From: a virus
Length of the DNA: 64,000 nt
Virus record (IMG/VR): IMGVR_UViG_3300005466_000026
Location: 21,775 to 85,774 of that record
Direction: 5' to 3' (one strand)
Below are positions 8,515-16,845 of this stretch, piece by piece. The translations under genes and the position numbers were made by a program. The notes beneath the pieces were generated by a model. It saw only the letters and a program-made list of their open reading frames with translations. It was not told where the DNA came from and did no database searches. Numbering within the stretch: position 1 is the first letter of the stretch; each line of letters starts with the position of its first letter.

Positions 8515-8543
8515 GAAGGACGGTCCCTCGGGGACCGCCCTCC
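8515..8543 (-). other. intergenic RNA hairpin (processing site or weak terminator)
   Basis: Minus strand GGAGGGCGGTCCC-CGA-GGGACCGTCCTTC, 13-bp stem with G-U pairs; no U-tract. Confidence 0.55.
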
Positions 8544-8553
8544 TCTGTTCAGA

Positions 8554-9255
8554 TCAGGACGTCTTGACCAGACCCATGCGCAGTAGAGTGCGGATGGTGC
8601 CGGTCTTGACCTTCTTGCTCCTGAGCGTCTTGACGCTCTGGCCGCTGTTCGTGCGAACGCGCTCGGTGCGCTCCCACTTGCCGGTCTTCTCACGGAACGG
8701 ATTGGCCTTGCCTGCCCACGTGATCTTCGTGTCGTCCTCCATCTTGACGCGGGGACCAGAGGACTTCTTCGCTGCGGTCTTGGACTTCTTGGTGGCTTTC
8801 TTTGGCATGGTCTTGTCTTCCTTCTGCTTTGACTTGGTTGACTTGGATGGCTTCACGAGATCGCTGATGCGCTCGTGCAGTCGGGTGCACGCCTTCTTGC
8901 CGGTCGACAGATCAACGAACATGGTGACCGGCTTCACGTGCTGAAGCCCGACGTCGACTGCCGTCGGAACCATGTCGTTGTAGAGCTTGACTGCGGCGTC
9001 GACGGTGGTCAGCTCCTTGAGCATCGCGCCGAAGCCCTCTGCCTTCTCACCGTTTCGCTTTTCGTCCCTTGCCCGCCTTGCCTCCGGATCCGACTTTCGC
9101 TTCGCCTTGGGCGCGGCGCTTGGCTCGGGCTTCTCTGCCGCTGCTTCCGGCTTTGGAGTTAGCGGTACTTCGTTCTTCTTGGCCTCCTTCGGGTTCGGCT
9201 CGGCCTTGACCTGAGCCTCCTCCGTCTTCGCCTCCGTCTTCTGGTCCTGCGTCAT
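8554..9255 (-). CDS. basic Lys/Ala-rich putative DNA-binding protein
   Basis: Histone-like KKATKKSKTAAKK linker and a C-terminal NPFREKTG...LLRMGLV domain. Confidence 0.65.
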   Translation of the reverse strand: MTQDQKTEAKTEEAQVKAEPNPKEAKKNEVPLTPKPEAAAEKPEPSAAPKAKRKSDPEARRARDEKRNGEKAEGFGAMLKELTTVDAAVKLYNDMVPTAVDVGLQHVKPVTMFVDLSTGKKACTRLHERISDLVKPSKSTKSKQKEDKTMPKKATKKSKTAAKKSSGPRVKMEDDTKITWAGKANPFREKTGKWERTERVRTNSGQSVKTLRSKKVKTGTIRTLLRMGLVKTS

Positions 9256-9787
9256 TCTCGTGGCTTCCTTCTCTGAGTGTCGCGTAGCCCGATGCTATCG
9301 CGTTCTTCAGCGTGACCGGATTTCCTCCTGCTTCAAGAAACTCGGCCACGGTCTTCTCGTGGTGCTGCACGAGCAGCTCCCACCTCTTGTGAGGCGCGGT
9401 GCCCTCCTTCTTGGGGTTCTCACCCTCGAAGAGGATCACCGCGGTCTTCTGGTCAGCGGCTCCGTCTGCGGAGATCCGCTTCTCCTTCTTCTCCGGCTCC
9501 TTGATCCGAGCCTCGTACTTCTCGCGCTGGGAGCTGATCGACTCCTCGACGTCTCTGTCAAACCTACGAACGCCGTCCGGCACGAGCCAGTGAGACATGA
9601 ACTTGCCGCTCTTAATGCGCGCGGCGATGAACTGTCTCAGGCCCTCCGGCTCCACGCGATCGAGGGCGATCTCCCACTGCTCCCTAGCTGGAGCGGCGGG
9701 CGTCTCGCCCTCGGACTTCTCTGCGACTCGCGCTGGCCTGTTCTTGACCAGCAGAAAGTCGGGTATGCTCAGGTCATCGCTTCTCAT
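9047..9787 (-). CDS. hypothetical protein with NPKKEGT domain
   Basis: Shares a domain with the 8554-9255 protein; its frame runs 209 nt into that gene. Confidence 0.6.
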   Translation of the reverse strand: MRSDDLSIPDFLLVKNRPARVAEKSEGETPAAPAREQWEIALDRVEPEGLRQFIAARIKSGKFMSHWLVPDGVRRFDRDVEESISSQREKYEARIKEPEKKEKRISADGAADQKTAVILFEGENPKKEGTAPHKRWELLVQHHEKTVAEFLEAGGNPVTLKNAIASGYATLREGSHENDAGPEDGGEDGGGSGQGRAEPEGGQEERSTANSKAGSSGREARAKRRAQGEAKVGSGGKAGKGRKAKR

Positions 9788-9974
9788 CGACGGCTCTCTT
9801 CAGTTGACTGGCGAGGTTGATGGCTATGCCAGCCATCACTCTGCCTCGCTCGTCGGCTCGAAGCCCACCGTCCTTGTCTGCGGCGTGCCGCAGACAGTAA
9901 GCGATGACGTTGGCGTCGTACGGCTCCATCGTCACCTGGATCTCGACGGGGCTCTTGCGCTCTACCTTCATCAC
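9774..9974 (-). CDS. hypothetical protein
   Basis: 66-aa ORF with GGAG RBS. Confidence 0.5.
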   Translation of the reverse strand: MMKVERKSPVEIQVTMEPYDANVIAYCLRHAADKDGGLRADERGRVMAGIAINLASQLKRAVDEKR

Positions 9975-10116
9975 TCGTCTCCCAGCTTGAGCTCGATGAC
10001 CTTCTCCTTCTCGTTGAAGGCCACCTTGCCTATGACGTGATGCACGTTGCCGTCGCTCACCACGACGTCGGTGTCCGCCGGCATGTTGACCAGCGACTTT
10101 ATCAGCTCGACTACCT

Positions 10117-10320
10117 TCACGTCTGCTCTCCTCTGGTTAAGTTGTAGTAGGCCCGAGACGCGCCGAGATCGTCTGTGACGTCGGCGGTTCCCAGATCCCT
10201 TCCGTTCTTGTCGAGCGAGATGCCGACGCCAATCACGTAGGTCGCCGTCACCTTGCCCTTGCTCACCGCCGACTTGTACGTCAGCGGCTCGCCGCTCAGG
10301 AACTCCTTGAGACTAGTCAT
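10117..10320 (-). CDS. hypothetical protein
   Basis: 67-aa ORF with GGAG RBS, coupled. Confidence 0.55.
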   Translation of the reverse strand: MTSLKEFLSGEPLTYKSAVSKGKVTATYVIGVGISLDKNGRDLGTADVTDDLGASRAYYNLTRGEQT

Positions 10321-10636
10321 GCTCGTTCTCCAGTGACGCCAGTCCCTTCTCGGTCAGTGAGACCGCGCGATACATCATGCTGGTGCCTCTGGCGATGAAC
10401 ACCTGATGCTCGCCGGGACCGTGCACCTGCGCCAGACCCATGAGAATTAGACTGGTGAGATCAGGCCCGTGACACTCGCCGTACTGACTGAAGTCCTCCC
10501 TGCCTAGCCACTGCAGAAGATCGCGCTCCTTGTCGCTGAGGATCGGCGTCTCGGGATCAAGGTGATCACCGAACTGCTCCTCTATCATCCGGTTCGTGAC
10601 GCCCGGAGGAAGGTCCCATCCGAACTTACTTCTCAT
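10313..10636 (-). CDS. hypothetical protein
   Basis: N-terminal FGWDLPPGVT motif seen in phage small proteins; C-terminal LTEKG winged-helix-like end. Confidence 0.6.
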   Translation of the reverse strand: MRSKFGWDLPPGVTNRMIEEQFGDHLDPETPILSDKERDLLQWLGREDFSQYGECHGPDLTSLILMGLAQVHGPGEHQVFIARGTSMMYRAVSLTEKGLASLENEHD

Positions 10637-10871
10637 CCTCGCCTCCTATCAAGATGGACGCCATGAAGTTGCAGCCAGTAGCCCTCACGTCGGTGATCGT
10701 TCCGCAGTCCGTGCAGACGACGAGCGGCGTGAAGTGGTTCGGCGTGGCAGCAGTGCACCGACTTCGGCACTTCTGGCACGTCCACTTCTGGAAGATCGTC
10801 CAGCCCTCCTTCACCTTGCTGCTGGCGTTCTCCAGGACCTCCTCGTAGGGATGGTCAAGTACTGTAGTCAT
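10626..10871 (-). CDS. Zn-ribbon hypothetical protein
   Basis: CQKC...CTDC; AAGGGAG RBS before MTTVLD. Confidence 0.55.
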   Translation of the reverse strand: MTTVLDHPYEEVLENASSKVKEGWTIFQKWTCQKCRSRCTAATPNHFTPLVVCTDCGTITDVRATGCNFMASILIGGEDEK

Positions 10872-11092
10872 GTCGTAGTACTCCCTTGAGAGTTGCCCCC
10901 GGTCAGCGCGACCGGGGGTGTGAGGATGGCTCACTCTGCTGACTTCGTCTCCAGCTTGATGAGACGCTGCTCGAGCTCTCTGACGCAGTTCTCCAGACGA
11001 GCAATCGCGTCCCAGGCATCTTCTGGGTCACTCATGCGACATCCGTTTCCCAGCTCAGTCCACTTCTTGGCTCGATCGACTATGCTCATGAT

Positions 11093-11341
11093 CTAGTCCT
11101 TGCGCTTGAGCTCTTCGGCGTGGTCGACCAGGAATTGCCTGATCTCGTCAGTCATGGTCAGCAGCTTCTCCCACTGCTCCACGTAGAGAGTGGTGGGGAA
11201 GCGTCCCAGTCCGTACAGACTGACGCCACCCTTGCCGCTGACCTTCAGCCTGAGAGGCTGTCCGCCGGACTTCTGCGCCTTGAGACGGGCGTTCTCTTCT
11301 TCGAGCTCCTGGATACGCGACTTCGCTGCAGCTTGGTTCAT
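11093..11341 (-). CDS. conserved phage coiled-coil protein
   Basis: Coiled coil followed by LKVSGKGGVSLYGLGRFPTTLYVEQW; TAGGAGG RBS. Confidence 0.7.
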   Translation of the reverse strand: MNQAAAKSRIQELEEENARLKAQKSGGQPLRLKVSGKGGVSLYGLGRFPTTLYVEQWEKLLTMTDEIRQFLVDHAEELKRKD

Positions 11342-11652
11342 GTGACCCTCCTAGGTCTGTAGTAGTGTCTAGAGTAGTGTCTAGTCTCTGGTAGTCTTGA
11401 GTACGAGTTGAGGTTGGGACGCACGTCCCAGATCGATGCTCTGTATCTGTCGGGATCTAGTCTCCTTCTCCTGAGGGCTCTCACGATTATGATCGAGCCG
11501 ATGTCTGGTGGATTGCTCTCCTCGTACGCGCCGATCGGTATAGAGCAGACGGCCGACGCGTCTACGCCGTAGAACACGAACTCGAACACTATGAGTCCGT
11601 CACGGTGCGTGTCCATGATCGGGACCACGCACGACTTCAAAGTCTGTCCCAT
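11338..11652 (-). CDS. hypothetical protein
   Basis: AAGGAGG RBS; contains a 12-bp tandem duplication at 11361-11384. Confidence 0.5.
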   Translation of the reverse strand: MGQTLKSCVVPIMDTHRDGLIVFEFVFYGVDASAVCSIPIGAYEESNPPDIGSIIIVRALRRRRLDPDRYRASIWDVRPNLNSYSRLPETRHYSRHYYRPRRVT

Positions 11653-11857
11653 CTCGCCTCCTTCTTCTAGCGTAGCTGCACTTGGGCGACGTCCTCTTGT
11701 AGACGTCCCACAGCTTGTTTCGCTCCTGAGTGCAGATCCTGCACTGACGAAAGACGCCGGGCTTGCGTCCGGCGTAGCTCTTGCGCTTCTTCCAGTACGT
11801 GTTCTCGACAGAGAACTCGTGGCCGTAGGGACAGTGAGTGGCTGATCTCTGTCCCAT
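11600..11857 (-). CDS. Cys/His Zn-binding protein (HNH-associated module)
   Basis: THCPYGHEFSVENTY...RQCRIC motif; GGAG RBS. Confidence 0.6.
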   Translation of the reverse strand: MGQRSATHCPYGHEFSVENTYWKKRKSYAGRKPGVFRQCRICTQERNKLWDVYKRTSPKCSYARRRRRDGTDFEVVRGPDHGHAP

Positions 11858-12030
11858 CTAGTCGTTCTCCACCGACTTGAGGACGAGCGACAGGCACAGA
11901 TAGAAGGTGCCTGTCGCCGCGTCGTGAAGGAGCCAGAAGTTAGCCATGCCGATTATGACGCTGAGAAACATCGACGTCTGCGTCGCTGCCCACCAGAGCC
12001 ACGCCAGTCTGTCCTTGACTCTGTTCATGG

Positions 12031-12231
12031 TCAGTCCCTCCTCTCGGGAGCTCGCACGCTCAGCGTGCTGAACACCTCTGTGATCTCGTAGACCCGATAG
12101 TGCCTGCCGGGTCCCCTCTTGCCGTATTCGGCGTGCATCTGCTCGGCCTCTCTTATCGCAGACTCCTTGTCGTCGTGGTAGCCGCAGACCATGCCGCTGG
12201 GAAACGACCTCACCTGATAGTTGATTGACAT
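12031..12231 (-). CDS. hypothetical protein
   Basis: MSINYQVRS start overlapping the upstream stop; GGAGGG RBS. Confidence 0.55.
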   Translation of the reverse strand: MSINYQVRSFPSGMVCGYHDDKESAIREAEQMHAEYGKRGPGRHYRVYEITEVFSTLSVRAPERRD

Positions 12232-12683
12232 CAGTCCCTCCCGAAGCCGACTGGAAGGTCGGCGCTCTCGGCCTCGTCGGCCGCCTGCTTCGCGCTCTCT
12301 ATGTCGATGCCGCACACGTCCTCCAGCTTCTGGCCGAGGGCCGACTGCTGCAGGTTCTCCGGCAGATTGTCCTTCCAGTCGCTGTACTCCTGCTGCACCT
12401 CGAGCAGTCTGTCCAGCGCGGCTGCTGCGTCGCTGGCCGCGTCCGCCCACCGCCTGGAGCGGCTGGCCTCCTTCACTCTCTTGGGCTTGGCGCGACCTAC
12501 GCGACCCAGGAGCGCGTTGATCTTGGCTATGGTGGTGAGCGGCACGGCGGGAGCCGTGGGACTGTCCACGACCTCCGCCAGCAGCAGCATGAGGTCTCGT
12601 CGCTTGGGCATCTTGGACTTGCCCATGTCCTGCGGCACGCTGGCCTTGACGTCGGCGTCCGTCAGCTTGGTGGTGGCTGTCAT
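12231..12683 (-). CDS. conserved hypothetical phage protein
   Basis: EYSDWKDNLPENLQQS..GQKL motif recurrent in phage proteins. Confidence 0.65.
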   Translation of the reverse strand: MTATTKLTDADVKASVPQDMGKSKMPKRRDLMLLLAEVVDSPTAPAVPLTTIAKINALLGRVGRAKPKRVKEASRSRRWADAASDAAAALDRLLEVQQEYSDWKDNLPENLQQSALGQKLEDVCGIDIESAKQAADEAESADLPVGFGRD

Positions 12684-12918
12684 GGCTTAGATCTCCTTCA
12701 AGAGTGTGTCGCGCTGCTGCAGCTTGAAGCGCCGCTCGTCGCGGCGCTGTCGTCCTTGATCTCGCTTGTTGAATGGCTCCTCGTGCTTGACGTACGACGG
12801 AAGGCTGTTCGCCTTCAGCGGGTTCCAGCTGAAGAAGTCGCCGATCCACGTCAGGCGCTTCCTCTTCTTGAGGATGAACCTGCGACGTCCACTTCTAAAG
12901 ATGTTGCTCTTCACGGTC

Positions 12919-13671
12919 TCACCTCTTTCCCAGAAGGAACCCGCCGCCGCTGCCTCCGCGCGAGGCACCGCCGACCTGCCGGTTGAGGCTGACGCTGCCG
13001 CCAGCCGCGTAGCCGTGCGACGCCGCTGCTCCCATGTGGACGGTCGAGCGCCGACCCTTGCCCAAGTTCGGGAAGAACACCGCGACCTGCCGGTCGACCA
13101 GCGACTTCTCCTGCTGGTAGAGAGCGGGCAGGTTCTCTGGATTGCCCTTCGCGTTGAACTTCGGCTGAGCCGCCTGCTCCTGCTGCTTTCGCAGCTCGCC
13201 GATGCGCTCGGTCAGACGAACGAAGCAGCCGCGCTTGAAGTCCGTCCGCTGGCCCTCGGTCGCGCCGTTCTCGCGCTTCCACTGGCTGGACAGACGCTGC
13301 GTCGTGTTCACCAGATACTCCATCATCTCGCGGCACATGACGATGTTGTGCTTCCGCCCGACCAGCGTCCAGTTCTTGTTGCCCATGAGGATGGGACGCA
13401 CCATGTACAGACGACAGACAGCCGACGCGAGATGCTTGCGAGCGGGCGAGATGGACCAGCCGTCGTTGAACTCGTCCTTCTCGATGCCGCTCTGCTCCTC
13501 GACGCTGAGCTGCGCCTCTTCCAGTCCGTACTGAGCCATCATCTCCGCGGCCTTGGCCGCGAACGCTGCGGCCTCCGCTTCGTTGTTCGTGCCCTCGGCC
13601 TTTGCCTTCAGGGCGCGGATCACGCGAAGGACCTTGTCCAGCCGTGACTGCTGCTCTTGACTTGTCGTCAT
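12919..13671 (-). CDS. DUF2786-domain protein
   Basis: LDKVLRVIRALKAKAEGTNNEAEAAAFAAKAAEMMAQYGL N-terminus; C-terminal GYAAGGSVSLNRQV. Confidence 0.8.
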   Translation of the reverse strand: MTTSQEQQSRLDKVLRVIRALKAKAEGTNNEAEAAAFAAKAAEMMAQYGLEEAQLSVEEQSGIEKDEFNDGWSISPARKHLASAVCRLYMVRPILMGNKNWTLVGRKHNIVMCREMMEYLVNTTQRLSSQWKRENGATEGQRTDFKRGCFVRLTERIGELRKQQEQAAQPKFNAKGNPENLPALYQQEKSLVDRQVAVFFPNLGKGRRSTVHMGAAASHGYAAGGSVSLNRQVGGASRGGSGGGFLLGKR

Positions 13672-13710
13672 GGTAGTCTCCTAGGTTTGATGCTTCAATG
13701 ATAGCACGGC

Positions 13711-13953
13711 TCAGCGACGACGGATACGCTCCATCCAGTCCTCGTGGGCCAGCTCTGGGTCGGTGTAGTAGTGGCCGGTGTGAAAGCCACCGTCCTCCTT
13801 GTTGAACCAGTGAGTGACGTACTCACCGCGCTCCGTGCGGCACAGAGTCACTGCCCCCGGTGACGTGGCGGCAGCGGCGCCGAAGTGACATACGTTCACC
13901 AGCGTCCAGCCCTTGCTGAACGCTGCTTGGTTAGGACAGTAGAGTGTTGGCAT
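13711..13953 (-). CDS. hypothetical protein
   Basis: GGAGG RBS; EYVTHW..GGFHTGHYY motif. Confidence 0.6.
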   Translation of the reverse strand: MPTLYCPNQAAFSKGWTLVNVCHFGAAAATSPGAVTLCRTERGEYVTHWFNKEDGGFHTGHYYTDPELAHEDWMERIRRR

Positions 13954-13955
13954 GG

Positions 13956-14189
13956 TCAGTCCTCCAGATCTTCGTCGGCGAACGGAATGTTACCCTTGTA
14001 GAGCTCCTCGCGTCCCTCGGTGGTCATCTGCGGCCAGCCGCCGCCGTTCATGAAGCTGCAGAAGCTGTACGCGTCCCACGGTCTGCCGAACGCGGCGATG
14101 GTCTCGCGAGTCGCGCGGTAGCCGGGTTCCGCCCCCGGCTCCACGAGTTGAACGCGCCACGTGTTGCCGATGCGTCGCACGGTGTGCAT
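13956..14189 (-). CDS. hypothetical protein
   Basis: TAGGAG RBS; CSFMNGG motif. Confidence 0.6.
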   Translation of the reverse strand: MHTVRRIGNTWRVQLVEPGAEPGYRATRETIAAFGRPWDAYSFCSFMNGGGWPQMTTEGREELYKGNIPFADEDLED

Positions 14190-14286
14190 GTCGGATGCTC
14201 CTACAGGTAAGAGTTGAAGACGAACGCGAGTATGATCAGCATCGACACGAAGAAGCCGATGCCGGGGGCGACTGTCTCGAGTGTTC

Positions 14287-14592
14287 TCACTTGCGTAGGC
14301 TCCTCTGTGTTGCGGCCACCGTGATGGCGGCAGCGTGATTGGCGACCATGTCCAGGCGCAGATTGCGCTGGACGTTCATGACGGTGTTGACGGTCCAGCT
14401 GAGGATCGTCACCGGAGTGTTGCCCTTGTCGCTCTCTGCGCAGGCCTCGAGATATCTCTCGCGCTGACGCTTCAGCTCCTCGACGCCCTCCTCGTGGCGC
14501 TTGATCAGGACGTCGATCCACTCGAGACCGCCGTCGTGGGCCATCTTCAGGAGTGCGTTGTCCCAGTCTCTTCGTGCGCTGCTATTAGTCAC
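14287..14592 (-). CDS. hypothetical protein
   Basis: TAGGAGG RBS, GTG start. Confidence 0.55.
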   Translation of the reverse strand: MTNSSARRDWDNALLKMAHDGGLEWIDVLIKRHEEGVEELKRQRERYLEACAESDKGNTPVTILSWTVNTVMNVQRNLRLDMVANHAAAITVAATQRSLRK

Positions 14593-14620
14593 TGTACCCT
14601 CCTAGGGTGTCTGTGTTGAA

Positions 14621-14893
14621 CTAGAGTGTCGCTGCGGCGCGAACGTCGCGCCAGTCGTAGCTCACCGTCTTCTTGCCGACGAGAGGCCGGATGAACCGGC
14701 CATTCGGCAGCATCACGCCGAACATGTCGCCTCGCTGAAACATCAGCACCGTGCAGCCCTCGCGGGTCTCGGTGCGGTAGACGTTCCAGTGCGCGTCTAG
14801 GTACTGACGCGCGGCTGCAGCCTGCTTCGGGTGCTGGCTCTGCAGCGCCAGCTCGTTGAGCTGCTCCTGAGTGTAGTGTCGACGGCGCGTCAT
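14621..14893 (-). CDS. hypothetical protein
   Basis: GGAGG RBS; coupled to the upstream gene. Confidence 0.55.
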   Translation of the reverse strand: MTRRRHYTQEQLNELALQSQHPKQAAAARQYLDAHWNVYRTETREGCTVLMFQRGDMFGVMLPNGRFIRPLVGKKTVSYDWRDVRAAATL

Positions 14894-15285
14894 ATTAGTC
14901 CCTCCACCTTCATCTGCTTGCGGCGCTCCTCGAAGTCCATGCAGAACGCGCAGGACTTCTTCGCCTCATCCTCGGTGCGCTCGCGACCGTCGTGGTCGCG
15001 GCCCATGTACGTCTGCCAGTGCGGACGGTTCATGTCCTGGAGATCCCAGTAAGTCGGCATGTCGCCGTCCTTCTCGGGTACGATCTGGAACTGATCGTTG
15101 GATAGTGTCTTCTTGCCGTAGGCCTCAGCCTCCTGTGGCGTGGCGAACCGCTGGAAGCGGTCGCAGCGACTCCAGTAGGCTCGGCCGCGATGACCCTCGG
15201 CCAGCAGGTAGATGTGATACGGCACTGGATACTGACCCCACTGCGGAGCGTAGTCGGTGGTCGACATTGAGCGAATGAGATACAT
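14890..15285 (-). CDS. hypothetical protein
   Basis: MYLIRSMS start after AAGGAG. Confidence 0.6.
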   Translation of the reverse strand: MYLIRSMSTTDYAPQWGQYPVPYHIYLLAEGHRGRAYWSRCDRFQRFATPQEAEAYGKKTLSNDQFQIVPEKDGDMPTYWDLQDMNRPHWQTYMGRDHDGRERTEDEAKKSCAFCMDFEERRKQMKVEGLI

Positions 15286-15296
15286 TGTGCTTCTCC

Positions 15297-15476
15297 TTAT
15301 TCTGCGTAGCAGATCAGTTGACCGGAACGGTAGAAGACGCCTACCTTGTAGGCCTCGTCTACCACGATTATCTTCCACTCGTCGCACGGTCGGCAGTTGT
15401 CTCGGCCGTGCACCATCGCCCAGCGATGGGCCTCGTCGACTGTCTTGAACGACGGGCTCACGTCCTTGGTAGTCAT
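15297..15476 (-). CDS. hypothetical protein (59 aa)
   Basis: Translated by hand: MTTKDVSPSFKTVDEAHRW...ICYAE; CAGGAG RBS. Confidence 0.55.
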   Translation of the reverse strand: MTTKDVSPSFKTVDEAHRWAMVHGRDNCRPCDEWKIIVVDEAYKVGVFYRSGQLICYAE

Positions 15477-15499
15477 GTGGCTTCTCCTGTTTGAGTTGA

Positions 15500-15679
15500 C
15501 TAGATGTAGCCGTAGAGCATGGCTTCGATGTGTGACTTCTGCTCCTCGCGAGTGCTGAGCTTCATCAGCTCTCGCGCCTCTTTCTCGGTGCAGCCGAACT
15601 CATCGGCTAGGTTCTCAATTACGATCTTGCGCTTCTTCAGCGACAGCTTGTTGTACGGCATCTTTTTTCTCTTGTTCAT
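15500..15679 (-). CDS. small basic hypothetical protein
   Basis: MNKRKKMPYNKL start after TAGGAG. Confidence 0.55.
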   Translation of the reverse strand: MNKRKKMPYNKLSLKKRKIVIENLADEFGCTEKEARELMKLSTREEQKSHIEAMLYGYI

Positions 15680-15690
15680 CTTGGCTTCTC

Positions 15691-16149
15691 CTAGATGCGA
15701 ACGGCCATGATCTTGGCGTTCTCGATTAAGCTCTTCAGCGTCTTGTAGTCCTCGATGTTGCAGTGCGGAGGGCGCGTCTGGATGATCTCCTCCAGCAGCA
15801 CCATCTGCGACGACGACAGACGAACGCGCTTCGTCTTGCCCTTCTTCTGCTTCTTCGGCGCTGGCGCGGCTGCGACAGGACCGTCGGGAAACAGTACCTC
15901 GAACTGCGAGTAGAACTTCTTCATGTTGCCGCCGCGCTTCTCGATCTCGGCTACGTATCCGGCGATCTGCTTCTGCACCGTCGCTAGATCCTCGCCGTCC
16001 TGCACGGCGTTCTCGTATCCCGCGCACTCGAAGCACTCGTAGCAAAGCGGCGACGAGCGATCCTGGTGAGTGATGCGCGTGCTGCGGTCGCAGGTCGCGC
16101 ACTTGAACACACCGCGACCGTCGCGCTGAAAGTGATTTGCTTTTCTCAT
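15691..16149 (-). CDS. Zn-finger hypothetical protein, first gene after the control region
   Basis: MRKANHF start after GGAG; CATC...CYEC. Confidence 0.65.
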   Translation of the reverse strand: MRKANHFQRDGRGVFKCATCDRSTRITHQDRSSPLCYECFECAGYENAVQDGEDLATVQKQIAGYVAEIEKRGGNMKKFYSQFEVLFPDGPVAAAPAPKKQKKGKTKRVRLSSSQMVLLEEIIQTRPPHCNIEDYKTLKSLIENAKIMAVRI

Positions 16150-16206
16150 GGTGGTTCTCCGTTTGCTTGTGCATGTATAATGTGTGATAGCCTGAAAATT
16201 GACTAA

Positions 16207-16241
16207 CGCAGAAGGCGGAGGCTCTCGCCTCCGCCCGCTGC
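16207..16241 (-). terminator. strong hairpin (terminator or attenuator candidate)
   Basis: Minus strand GGCGGAGGC-GAGA-GCCTCCGCC with extendable GCAG/CTGC; followed by T-richer sequence. Confidence 0.55.
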
Positions 16242-16749
16242 AATCTCTTTGTCGTTGCTCTCCTCGCCTTCCTCCGCTCGTGCCGCCACTCATCTCGCTA
16301 CTGCGGATGCGGTGGTCATCTGGTGTGAGATGCGGATTTCGGTTCCTTCGTGAGCGCCTCGTCTGGATCCTGCCAGGGATCCTCTGCGCTTCTAATGTTC
16401 TTGGCTCGTGGGCTGGATACTTCCGCCCTGCGACGACGACCCTCGGTCTGCGTTCTGGTGTTCGTCTACGAGTTTCCTGCCGGTTCAAAATTCTGCCAAA
16501 AAATTTTGCTGGCCAGCAGCAGCAACGGGTCCGCCCCGTTGTATTCGCGGTGTCCTAAACCACGGTAGCTTTTTTCGGCCGCTGAAGGGCGCTCGCTACC
16601 GTAAGGAGTCTTCCCTGTTTTTGCCCTTTTCGCCCCGGGACCGAAGCCGCTGTGGGGGAGGGGAATTGGCGGGACTTGACTCTTTTCGCCGGTGCCAGTT
16701 AGGGGATGGGGTTGGAGGCCACCGCTTGCTAACCAGCACCCTCATAATA

Positions 16750-16769
16750 GCCTACCCCTAGGGGTAGGC
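16750..16769. repeat. perfect 20-bp palindrome
   Basis: GCCTACCCCTAGGGGTAGGC is its own reverse complement. Confidence 0.9.
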
Positions 16770-16819
16770 CAAGCGATATTCTTAGGCTTTTATACCTATT
16801 CATAGATTGGTTCCTAGGG

Positions 16820-16835
16820 GTTAATGAGACGTTAA
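16820..16835 (-). promoter_or_regulatory. CtrA-binding box
   Basis: Minus strand TTAA-CGTCTCA-TTAAC equals the full TTAA-N7-TTAAC consensus, in the only long non-coding region. Confidence 0.75.
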
Positions 16836-16845
16836 TTTTTCGTCG

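Noticed and set aside
11361-11384. 12-bp tandem duplication AGTAGTGTCTAG
   Set aside because: Only two copies at the end of a hypothetical gene; probably slippage.
16149-16488. N-terminal extension of ORF 15691-16488
   Set aside because: Low-complexity Arg-rich translation from a TTG, crossing a strong hairpin; a good RBS and ATG occur at 16149.
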